From assembly GCA_964106645.2 (NCBI GenBank), contig OZ067039.1: 64,000 nt of DNA; one strand, 5' to 3'. Shown piece after piece: positions 50,401-63,033 of the stretch. The translations under genes and the position numbers were made by a program. The notes beneath the pieces were generated by a model, which worked only from the letters and a program-made list of their open reading frames with translations, was not told the DNA's origin and searched no databases. Positions within the stretch are counted from its first letter, which is position 1, and every line of letters begins with the position of its first letter. This stretch comes from Podarcis pityusensis. Lineage: Eukaryota.

Positions 50401-53400
50401 ATGGACCCTGAGAGACAGTGGAATGAACTAGACTAAAATATATTTTTGTATTGCTCCCTACATTGTTAATCTCTTGTTGATCCACTATTATTTGAATAAA
50501 TAGCACCGCCTGCACATATTTGTGTGTGTGTGTGTGTGTGTTGAGAGAAGGCTTCTATTCAAACATTCAACTGTCCCAGGTTTCCTGAGTAGGGTCTTGA
50601 GTCAGAACCTACATTAAGCCCATCCCAAGGGTTACATATTTCAAAACAAAAACCACAAAATAGACTTCCAGGGGATTTCTTCCATTTACGCTCTTTAAGA
50701 CAAATGCAAAGAGAACAGAAGTAGGCACATATTTACCATCAGAAGGTGGGGACAATCCACAAAGAATGTTCATTAATGTTGTTTTTCCTGTTCCACTATG
50801 TCCAAGTAATGCTGTGATCTGACCCTCATAAATGTCAAAGGATAAACCTAATAAGAAATGAAAAAGGAAGGGGATTAATTAATGGCATTATATAGTATTG
50901 CTACAAGCTTCAGGAAGTATTTAGCCACTGCTACATAGAGTACACTATCAATTACTCTTAAGAAAAACCCCACCATTAACAGAACATTTAATATTTAATA
51001 AAGCCAAACACACAGTTGTGTACAGATTAAGTTTGTTTTGACTTAAGTTTCCTTATTGAGATATTTACTGATTACAGATGAGTAGTCAGTAAAGAGAAAC
51101 TCACCCACATACTATACCATTGCTCCCATTGGCCATGTTTGCATTGAGCCTTGGCCTCATGTGCTCCCCTTTCCTCCACTGGCTTGGTCAAGAGCAGTTT
51201 GGAAGTAAGAAACCCAGTTTGAATAGGAGTGCACAATCCTAAGATTTGGTGCAGCTTACTTCTCCTTGATCACACCATGCTAAACCATGGTTAAGATGTG
51301 ATTTCGGTAAAGCAAAATCTTCTGGACTCACCTTGCCAGGCATATGGGAAGAAAAGAAGGAAGTGCGCAAGCCCAAGTCTTGCTGAAACTCATTTCTGCT
51401 AGTGCATGTTGTGCTCAACCACGGTTTAGCATGACATGCAAATAGTCACTGTCAGAAAACAACGAACAGGCAACACTTAAAGAACAAGGACTCACACTTG
51501 TGGCAGATAGCTGAAAACCTAAGAAGTCTTACTTTTCAGGGCCTCCACAGTTTCTCCCTTTTTAATATATGATTTCTGGACATTATTGATTCTGAAAGAA
51601 GAAAAGATAAATTTATTTTCAAAAAGAAACACAGAACTTTGGTAAAAATTTACCAAGCAAGATAAAATCAAAGAATATGCAGGTACCACATATTTATATT
51701 AGCTTGAATATTCCTGTTTTGGTTTACAATGCAAGGTGATCTTCATATTCAAAAGTAGTACAATGCTCCTGGGAAACTATGCCATAACCCTTTCCCAGAA
51801 AGAAAGTACCACATACTTTTTTCCTGAACATATAATTTGACTATGATTTCTTCCAGACTTTGATCTCTCATAAAACATTTTGAGAAATGAATGCAATGAG
51901 GAGGAGTCTGAACCACAGAATACAGTGAAAAAGATGAAATGGAACATTTCTAAACCACAAAAACCACTTTTTGCTATTTGGCTTCCTGTCAAACTAAGGA
52001 AAATATGGGTAAATGGCACCCAAGGTTAATTGAATTGAATATGCCTCACTTCTGATTGCAACTAAGCTGGTTCCTACGCAAAGACATAGTACTTTGAGTG
52101 CATAGCAAAATGACCTTCCTTGCCTCAATTGCAAACTGACTAGTCAACATGCAACAGAGATTTGTACATGCAGTGACTCCCTTGTTGACTCTTATCAGGA
52201 AAGAAATATTAGTATGTGCAACATGCAACATTTGCATCTTAAGTAATACATGGAGCTTCAGATCACTTGCACATGTACTGGTCTACAGTGTATGTTTTGA
52301 TAGAACCAAAACTGATTAACACTGTCTTTTCTCAATATGGACTTTTTTTCCTTTGCCAATAATCAATGACAGAAGTATCACATCACAGGACAAACCATAT
52401 TTGCATATGAAAACTATCACATTGCTCCTCTTACTTGAGTGTGCATAATAAAACTGACAAATTAATTATCACTGCATGCATACTTCATGCAGCAGCCATG
52501 TTTGCTTGCAATGTTAAGCCAAGAACCCTGGCTTAATAAACCATAATGTACATGCAGAGGATTACTCAACTCTTTCCTCCTCCCTTCATGTGACCTAGGA
52601 GTGTGGTTTGCTTATCACTAATGAACCAGAATTTGAAAGCCAACAGCAAGCCTGATTTAAGGCTGCCTACCAAGAATTGCTTGTTAGGGAGAAAAGAACA
52701 ACACTCCTGCATTCAAATGTCAGGCTGAGCTGATTTGCTTGCAGCAATCGGAAAGTGTGTGCATGCTGCTTGTACACAAAATTATTTATCAAGCCAAGGT
52801 TCTTTATCGTTTCATGCAAACGCAGCCAGTTTCTTTCTAAGTGCAAAAACAATTAATAACTGACAATAGGTTCAAGTTAAACTTCAGCATCATCCGTCAT
52901 ACCTAATAGCTTCTCTTCCCTGGAATTCGGAAGATATAGGCTCAACAATCTCATTGAATTCTAAGCTTCCATTAATGCTGCTTTCATACAATTCCTTATA
53001 ATTTCTTGTTCGCTTTACCCAAAATGAGGGCTTTAGGAAGAAGAAAAAGCTTCGCCGCAATCCATATTCCCCTGAGGGGTAAAAAAAGATGAGAAAGAAT
53101 CTGTAAACATATGGATTACACAGTATAATTACATGTTTGGACTGTTTTTTGTTTATAGTTTGCTAATTTTTAGACTATATCCCTTATTTTGTAACCCAGG
53201 AAATCTTCCAGTACTACAGACTGGCATGTAATTTTTAGCATAAATTACAAATACATCTTTGGTGCCACAGACATACATACACACTATGCGCAAGTTGAAA
53301 TTCTGCTTTAATTTTATATGGATGTGCTATTTATTTCTGTTTATTCCTTGGCTCCAAATCTAAGGAGGTTTGGGATATAAAAGTTTTGCATTTAAAATGC

Positions 53401-56400
53401 CCACGATTAACTGCCATTTCTGAATCCTACAGGAGTATTAGAGCAACAGCATAGAATGGTAAAAGGCACATTCAAACTTTCTGACCTCTAAGCTTTTCTG
53501 TATTTATCAAAATGCTTAGGCACCCTGTCAACTTCAGTTTATGATGTGTAGATGCATGACTTGTACCACGCTTAGGAATAGTAGACCATGTATGCAAATA
53601 ATAGGCAAATTTCTTTAATTAACACAGAAGATACTAAAAGTGATTTTGTCAAATAGAGTTCAGCCAGCGGTGATAATAATAATTGTCCATTCAGATCAGG
53701 ATGGTTTTATTAAGCACAGACAGATATATGGGTGATTTACTATTATTTATTAGTAGACCAGAAACATATATACCAGAATTATGAAATAGAACTAATAGAT
53801 TGGGTAGTTTGGGGTATATGATTAACAGGTTCCAGTCTGCATTAATCCCAGTGGGGATTGTAAATCACATACATTGTATATGAACTGGCAATTTCGATAG
53901 TGCCCAGAGGTCATAACATATCCAGGCATTTTGGTTCTACGACATATCTCCCAAATGATTAGAATGAATTTAAAAAGGTTGAGAATGAAGATTTCTAGTA
54001 TGGGCACAATTTCAGTAAGGATGATGATACACTTAAAATCAGTATTTCACCACATATAATATGCGTCACAATACTTAATACGTAACCAAACCCTTGAAGT
54101 TGTTCAGGTTTTTTTGTATTTTTATTTGATTCTAACATACCTGGAATCACTTGATCGAAATAAATCCCTAGGAGTAGGTAAAGCATACTATCAAGGGTCA
54201 ATAGCGTATAAGCAATAATTAGTGGATAAGGGCCATGAGTTATATGTGAGAAAATAGCTCCTTCTTCATAATCTTCCAGATGCATCACCTGCAAACACAT
54301 ATAAAAACTGCAGCTACGTGACAGCATTAGTTTACTAAAATAGTAAGGTAAATAATGTAACACTATATAAACCTTGATGATGATCATCAAGTTGCCATCA
54401 TAAGTAGCGGTGATGGGCCAAGTTCCTCATTTGGGCAATTATGAGCTAAAGTGGAGAACATTCAAGCTATCCCCCCTCCCACCCCAGTCCTCAATTCATT
54501 ATTAACTGCTGATCCCCTGTGAGTACTCAACCCTCTATATTTCATGGTTGGTAAGGCAGCAAAGACTGTTGAGCAGTGAGATTTTTCTCTCGCCTCCACC
54601 TTTAGGGCAGTTGTGGCCACAGCAGCAGGAGGGAAGGTTGAATGCATCTGTCTGTCTCTCCCAACCATTCTCCTCTCCCTCTCTTCCAGATCTTCCCTTT
54701 CCTGGATCCCCAGGAAGCAGAATTTCCTCCAACTACAAAATGCCCAAACCAACATCAGGGTTTCAGAGACATGTAATGCTATTGTGGCAGCATTCCAGAC
54801 ACCAGGGAAAGCGGAAGAGAAAAAGAAGTGGGGAGGTAAGTTCACTGTTACCACCATAGCTGGTGGATGGGAGTGGGAAGGTGTTCTTCTAAAGTTTGGA
54901 TTAATATCTGACCCAGAAGAAAAACTCGGTGGCTTTAAAGCTGACTTCTGCTCATACAACGGGATTCCACTACAGAGCCAGTGTGGTGTAGTGGTTAAGA
55001 GCGGTGGACTCGTGATCTGGTGAACTGGGTTCATGTCCCCGCTCCTCCACATGCAGCTGCTGGGTGACCTTGGGCTAGTCACACTTCCCTGAAGTCTCTC
55101 AGCCCCACTCACCTCACAGAGTGTTTGTTTTTGGGGAGGAAGGGAAAGGAGAATGTTAGCCGCTTTGAGACTCCTTAGGGTAGTGATAAAGCGGGATATC
55201 AAATCCAAACTCCTCTTCTTCTACCTTCCTTTTTCCCACCCTGCATCCTCAAAATCTGCTCCAGAGAGTTGGGGGAGCCTCTAGAGAAAAATTTTTGAGG
55301 TGCACGGGAGACTGCAGAGGCAGAGACCGTAAGGTGATCTCCTGCTATGCTAGCAAAAGTCTGCTTGTGATACACTGAAAACTACACATTCATGACAGGA
55401 AGCTGCAAAATTTAACATAAAAAGTCTGCAACACACAGTGTTCTTTGAACTTCTGACAAATGTGTTACTTATTACAGTTGATTTTTCTCATCGGTTAAAA
55501 TGTCTACTTAATAACGGATTAGAAAACAACAAGAAACACATATATAAAAAGTTCAACGCAAGTTCTAGGTCTGTTACATACTTGATACCAAGATGAAAGA
55601 TTTAAAGTATTATCACATCTCATATTAGAACCACAGTGATGGGTGCATGCCACAGTAACAAACAAATACTTTACTAACCTGTACAACACCAATTAAAAAG
55701 GGGCACTCACACAGTGGGCTTAGTGACCACACAAAAGACTTTGGAAAATCTTCCAACAGGGCAATGCTCAGGCCCACAGCACCAAAAGCCACAGTTGTGA
55801 AAAACTGAGCTGAACCAGCATAGTTCACTTTTTTGAAAAGAGAGGTTAGCAAAAATGCAAAGGAAATCTAAACAGAAATAGAAAGCGTATTTTCAGTGCA
55901 CAATAGGACTTGATTAAAATTGCTAGAATCTCAATTTTTATATGAAAATCATAATTATTGTATCACTTAGTATTTGCTAAAGACAATATAATATGCTAAT
56001 GAACGACATCAGCTGGCTAACAGGCTGAGGATTTTCTTCCTAAGAGTACTATCTCCTTTGGCAAACTGCAACATCAAAATTTCCCAAATTGGTTATGAAA
56101 TCAGAATGGGAAATCTAAGGTAGCAAGGAGCGCATTAACAAAATATAATGTGATTTTTAAGGAATCATTCTTTTGCAATAAAACAGGTCACCTTTTCAAA
56201 AATGATCAGTTCCAATTCAGATTCAAGGTTCAGAAAGACAGTGAATGGCCAAGATGCAATTCAAATCAGAGTGCAGCTCTTACATTTAATGAGGTTTTCG
56301 AAGTTAAGCAATTATGTATTTTGCTTTGATCCCATGAAAGGACGTGCTGCGGAAGCTGCTGCTCATGGAAGTGGGATGGGAGGAAACTTTCCCAATTCTC

Positions 56401-59400
56401 CCTTCCCACGACAGCCTTCTGAGTCACCTGCCATGCCCTTCTATGAATGAGATGTCCCATGAGCAGAACTCAACATTTATATCCCATTTTCTGGCCAAGA
56501 TTGGTTCCCAAAGAAGTTTAAAATTAAAATCCGTATAAACAATATGTTATTATTTCCCGGGGGGGGGGGTATTGTTCTCAACCCAATCAGCATATTCTCA
56601 AGGGGCAGAAGGAATCGCAGATAGATTCAGGGACTGGTTGATGGTAAAGATGCCAGCCCACAGGAGCAGTCTTTCCACTAAACTTCATCCAATTGTACGG
56701 ACTATACACATTATAGTAGAGGCCTGATTGTACAATATGCACCCTATATAAACCTTTCATGTAAATAATGGGCAGATTGTGCAGAACAGAGAGCAAGATC
56801 AGAATTTGACTTTAAAGGCCCTTGAATATACAGTCCATTTACATATGCTATATTCATAAATTCGGAATAAGTGCAAAATCAGTACCCACAGGTCACCTTC
56901 TCTTCTTGCTATAAATAGATGTTTCCATACATTAAATGTTAGGAGCCAGAAGACTTTGGGCCAAACTAAACATAGGTACGCTTGAGAAATCTGAACTTTA
57001 CAAATTCCAATATGAATTGACCTAATCCAAAACTCCTGGACTAATGTGTGGAACAGACCATTGCTATTTTAATCACTTCTCTGAATGTTGCAACACAGCG
57101 CTTATCCCAAAAAAGTTTTAACATTTTGAGATAAAATACATTCAATAACACTTATTTATATGCAAATTGTGCAAACTTTTTAAAAAGAAAGTAAATTAGT
57201 ACAGAAATGGGACAGAATGGGCATATAAGTGAATACATGCAAAAGACACATGGACTGAAATAGGAATGGACAAATTGGTCTAAATAACCGAGATGGGGCA
57301 ATCATAAGGGTCTTAGGCACATTCACATGTCATGGTGGGAAAGAGGACTACATGAAAAGAAATACAGTCTGTTCTCCCCAACTCCCAACAGCACCACATT
57401 CCATTGCTTCAAGCAATTCTACTCAGCTCAATTCTTCTACCCAATTGTCCCAGTATCAAAGATGAGCTGGAAGAAGACTGCTTAATGAAACAAAGCACAG
57501 TGAAGGTGATGGCAAGTTTCACTCATCTCCCTGCACTTGGCATCTGAACAAAAATGGCAGACAGGTAGATGGGTGGCAACCCTGTCACATGCAGCTTGGT
57601 CCCGAGAAACACAGATAAATCAGAAACAACATGCTTTATGTAGGGCCACCCTTGTGCAGAATGCTGTAGATAGACTGGCGATGGGAACAGACTACTGCCC
57701 ACACACGACACCAATGTTAATAGTCCTGTCCTGACTTCCCATCTGCTTCCCATCTACTTGCACTGGCGTGCTTTTGAACTGCTAGGTTGGCAGGAGCTGG
57801 GACTGAGCAACAGGAGCTCATCCCGCTGCACGGATTCGAACCACCAACCTTCCGATCGGCAAGCCCAAGAGGCTCAGTGGTTTAGACCACAGCGCCATGA
57901 CTGTGCTGGCATAACATGCTACAGGAGGAGTGGAATCCTGTTCTGACTAAAATGTTAATCCTGATTGTGGCGTAACATTAGAACAAAAGAGGTTGCATTA
58001 GTTCAGAGATTCCTGCTGCAGTAAATGGACACTTCAACGTTACTGCCTTCTGCACTACACGAGGAGAGGAATTCAACAAATTTTGCAGGCAATCATGACA
58101 CACCACCAGCAGTATATAAGACTCAGACAGGGACAACACAGTTCAGACAACTAGGTAAGTGACACTACTCTGTGCATGTGTCTAGAGAACTTAAATCACA
58201 GAACAACTCTGGAAACTATGATAAAAAACCTCTTTGTTATTAGCCCTGTATGTTTACTGTTTGTGCAAAGTTAAAAAGGTTGTGATCATGTGTATCTTTT
58301 CAGAATTCTTGCAAGTACCCTGTCTCTCAGGATCCCAGATAATACAGAATAACTTCCATTGCTACCATTGGGCACCACACACAGTTAAATGGAAGCCCAG
58401 AGGGTGGGGGGAAAGGCAGGAATCCATGCCTGAAACCTTACTTCTCTAGACCTCCCCCATTTTTGTCCAATCCTCACCTGCTGCTACAATATGGACAGTA
58501 TAAACTCCCAATAATCTTTCCTCCTTCAACAGCAACCAATATTGTCTCCAACTCAGGGTACATACACGCTCTGTGGGAAGAGGGGATGTTTGCCATGAAG
58601 GTGGGACCTCAACGCATACCAGCAGAGGCAATGAGAAGCACAGCTACCTTTGAGACTGAGAAGTGGAGCACTCAACTCCAACGATGCCTAGTATAGGCCC
58701 TCTTCCTTGCCAGGTCAGATGGAGCAAAGAAGGCAGAACACAGCACTAAAGGCAGAAATAGACAGGATGGAATAAAGGGGGCTGAGCAAGAGTGACAAAC
58801 CATTGGCTCTATGGGTCCCACAAGGTCCACACATCACCTTTTTCAATTGGCTGTCACATTGCTTTGCCTCAGGTAAGCCGTCTTCCAGTCCTTTTAGAGA
58901 GAGACTGTACCCACGTGAGACCCCATGCATACTAAACTTGCGCTGGGTTCTTTAAGAATTCCCTTAGTCCTGGTTTATATAGTTGGGTCCTGCTCTCTCC
59001 CGCTACATACTGCATAGCTCATTTCTGCTGCGTTAAAAAGCAGGTCCTAGAAATGGCCTCCAGGAGCAGCCTGTTGAGGTCCTTGCTCTTCCTTATGTGT
59101 TATGTTCCTGTCCTTTCCAAATAGCTTGCTCATCCCAAAATCTGTATTTTTGGGGGAGCATTGTTGTCCAATTCAGCTTAAACCTTCTTGGGAATCCATG
59201 GGTCATCCATGCAGGCATTGCGTTGGTGCTGTGATCGGAGTAGCCGGTCCTTCCTTGAATGACTTTGTGTGCTTGTCTGTCAAAAGATGCTTGTTTGCAG
59301 ACTGCCTGTGTAGCACTATTAGGGGGATTTATAACCCTTCTCAATAAGAAGCGATCCCTGAAGGGTTTCACTGTACATATCAGCTATTATGCTCCTGCTC

Positions 59401-62400
59401 ACTAAACCATAGTGGTCTATACTGGGAACAGTGTTGTGGTGACTTTGGGGCTGCTGGGTTATATTTTATATGTGTTCTAGACAGGGTGACATGATGGGCT
59501 CCTTCTGCCATCACTCTTGTTGACCAGATCCTTCCATGGATGGCTAATATGGGGAAGCTATCAGCATTCAGTGTTGCAATTGGTGGGGTGGCAGAATTGC
59601 CACGGAGGCTGTAGTTGTGTCTGTTAGACCTGCTACATTTTATCTGGGTAGAAGTAACATTATTCTGGTGGAAATCCATAGCATCTTCCCTTAATGCCCC
59701 TGGGATTATCCCTAAACTAGTGAGTACCTGTGAAACACCATCATAGGATACCTGTATGTCAACAGGAAGGACAATCCTAAAACACGTAGCTTCAGCATAT
59801 TGGCAATGAGCAAGCACACATACATACACACTTACGGAGGATAATCCATATAGGAAAAAAAGAAGAAATATCACAAAGCTGCTACTTTGGGGAAAGAGCG
59901 AAGAAAATGTTGCAATAACCGACATGAGAAGGGACATGACAAGAATCAGACTGGTGTAGAGCAAGACCCAAGAAAGCCTAGAAAAAGGGAAAACACAATG
60001 AAGGCTCATGAATTCAAAGTTATCTATACGAATTACTAAGTTGAAGCTAAATATTAGTCAATACTATTAAAAAGTGATAACTCTCAAATGGACCCTTGCC
60101 TGAAATTAATGAATCGCAGTAAGCATGACAAGATGAATTATTTCACATTCATCTAAAATATTTGCAATGTACATAGTAAGCCACAAACCAAGAAAAGTAA
60201 TTTTTTGACGGGTAGGTTGCACATGGGAAGAAAATAACTAGTTAATGTTAGGCTTAGAGCTTATGTGGACATTTCCACTGAAATAAACAAGTGGTACATG
60301 TATTGTCTGCTGCCAGTGAAAGGCTTCTCTGGGAAGGAATCATTTGGATATCACTGGGGTACAAGCGATACATATGACTTGAGGACAAAATGATGGAGGT
60401 CCTCCCATCTTGTGAGGTCTGCCGGAGATTAAGAGTTGGCAGGGCCAAAAGTGAAGAGTAAGCAGGACTTGTCCCTGCAGACCTCACAAGCTGGGAGGAG
60501 GTCCATCATTTTGCCAGCTTTGAATTGGCTCAGAAAAGTGATCCAAGGGTTTTGGAAGGGCTTAGATAGGGCCAACTCACCCGTGAGGCAAAGTGAGGTG
60601 ACTGCCTCGGGTGGCAGAATCCACAAGGGCAGCAGATCTGGCCTCCAAGGAATGCATTGCCCATTGCTACTGCTGCTGCCATGGTGGCAGTGATGGCTTC
60701 AATGTGCTCCTTAGAGGCTGAATCTGTTGTCTCCTCGGCAGCCCCTCCCATGCTGCTTCCACAGCAGCTTCTTGGCGATTCAAAGTTGGCCCCTTTGACT
60801 CCCAATTTAACCACTGAGAAAGATTGATTTTATTCCCCTCCCCCTTGTTCCTGAAGTAGATTTCCATTCCTCTCTTCTCCTCTGGTGAGGGAGAGCCATT
60901 TTGTGGTTCACCTCAGGTGCTAAAATGTCTTGGGCCAGCCCTGGATCACTTCCAATTTAATCCAAGGTGATCTTGGGAGTGCTCACCCATATATTCTAGT
61001 TGCATGTAGTTCTATTTCCATTCCTAATATACCATGCACTTCACACAATGATGTTACCTGGCAAAATGGATATTGTCTATTTTAATAAATCACTCAAGCT
61101 TTTCATGGCAGCAGAGAATGAATAAAACAGCTGGTATAATTGACATTCTATCTAACTTGTCTCAAAACCTTGCGCAAAAAGATTGTTGAAATTTTGACAA
61201 GAAGTAAACGCACAATGTTGGTGAATGACACCCCTGAGAGTGGTGTTCATTCCACAAGTGTTTTATTACAGCAGCAATATTTTATAATAGGTATTTTTTA
61301 ATCATGTGGTAATCTCAAACAAATAAACTGCAGAAAGAGGGGTTTTCATAAACTTGGCTACAAGAAAGAATGAATGGGAATGAAATAAAATTGAACAGAA
61401 AATTAGAGAAGAGAAATGAAATTGATTTGGCTATGGAGAAGAGAAATAAACTAGAGGAAATAAATGGAGACAAACTGAAATGGAGAGTAGGGATGAAATG
61501 AAGGCTTAAAAGTGTGCAGTTGAATGACAGATAATATAGAGAAGATCACCAACAGTAACAGCACAGAAAATACCTGTAGATTGAAGAATGAGCGTCTGCA
61601 TATCTGCTCAGAAGCAAGACACAGTCTCAATAGTTTACGCATGATATCTGGAAAAATACTTTGGGCCCTACACTCTTATTAATATCTGTGTAAGTAGCCT
61701 ACACATGTAAATTCTATAATGGGAATTGTAATGCAAAAATATGCTGTGTTGCAACAACAAATATTAACTGAAAGGAGGTGTTTGACCTTTTGGAGCTCAA
61801 AGCTGACCTCTGTCTTCTACTCATTGGACATATTGACTTTTCCCATTTAGATCTGCATTCTTTTCACAAGAATAGCCAAGCAAATGTTCCACGCAGCTTG
61901 TAAGACAGGCATGAGGGCAACAGCATCCCCACCCCATTGTCCCTTAACATCTGATTACTTAGGGAGAGACAGAAACAGTTTTTATTTTATGTGTGGCTGT
62001 ATGAGCTCTTCTGGGTGCATGACAGAGACAGAGAGGCGGCTTTGTGTGTTGCCATTTCTCAGGCTTTGGCATTGTGTTCCCATATCTAAAATGGGGAAAT
62101 CATTTCCCCAAAGTCTTCTATATGCCTATTTCCTTGATCATATAATGCATATCACATGCAGCTTGGCTCACTGTCTTAAGGTTAAAGTTAGCACACAAAT
62201 GGGACCACTTAAATTAACCAAAGATGTTCACATAGAGAAACTGTCACAAGAACACCATGATGTTAGCTTTGATCCTAAAACAAAAAAAAATTCATAGAAG
62301 AAAACAACACTGTGCCTTCCTTACTCCTGTAACCTTTCCAGAGGGGTTGGTGGGGGCTGTAGGGTGTTAAAGTTATAAGTTTAAAAGCACATAACATGCT

Positions 62401-62993
62401 GCGTTTGAATGCGCTACATTGAAAATGCTGCAAAAGCAACAGAAAAGGCTGGCATTTTTCCAGTTCAGTAAGATAAGCTACCTGATGACTCATTACCAGA
62501 AATTCACAGCAGGAAGCTGAAACTTCAGCCTGTATGTGAGTTTGTTGGTGTTTGATAGCAGCAGTATCATCATCAGAAGAGTTGCAGAGAAGCTATGCAA
62601 AGATGAGTAAATTCAGGTTCTCTCTCTGGGACCAGAGAGGGGAAAGTATAAAGGACTGAACCCCATTGTTTGTTTGTAATGTGTTACTTTGTTATTTCGT
62701 AACATTTATCTTATTGCAACTAGTATTTAAGACTGTTCCACAGGAAAGCTTTAAACTCATAATTGTGGTGGAGAAAATTCAACTCTATGCAAGATCCAGA
62801 TCAGAGATTCTGCTGAACAACTGCAACGTTGGGGGGTGTCCTCCTGAACAATGTTGATGGAGGGTTGATGGAGGGTTTCTAATTTTTAGTGATTTTCCTT
62901 TCCCTCAACAGGTACAACATGTTCTGGAGCACTGCAGCATTCTGGAGAGACCTCTGGTCCTCTGGAGAGGCTTGCTTGCTTGCTTGCATGCAT

Positions 62994-63033
<40 letters not shown>

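Noticed and set aside
54462-55208. 248-aa minus-strand ORF
   Set aside because: It runs through a SINE and other repeat remnants, has a non-ATG start and no recognisable domain.
59380-60009. 209-aa ORF as a separate gene
   Set aside because: Its recognisable part is the ABCA5 exon 59836-59977; the rest is intron read-through.
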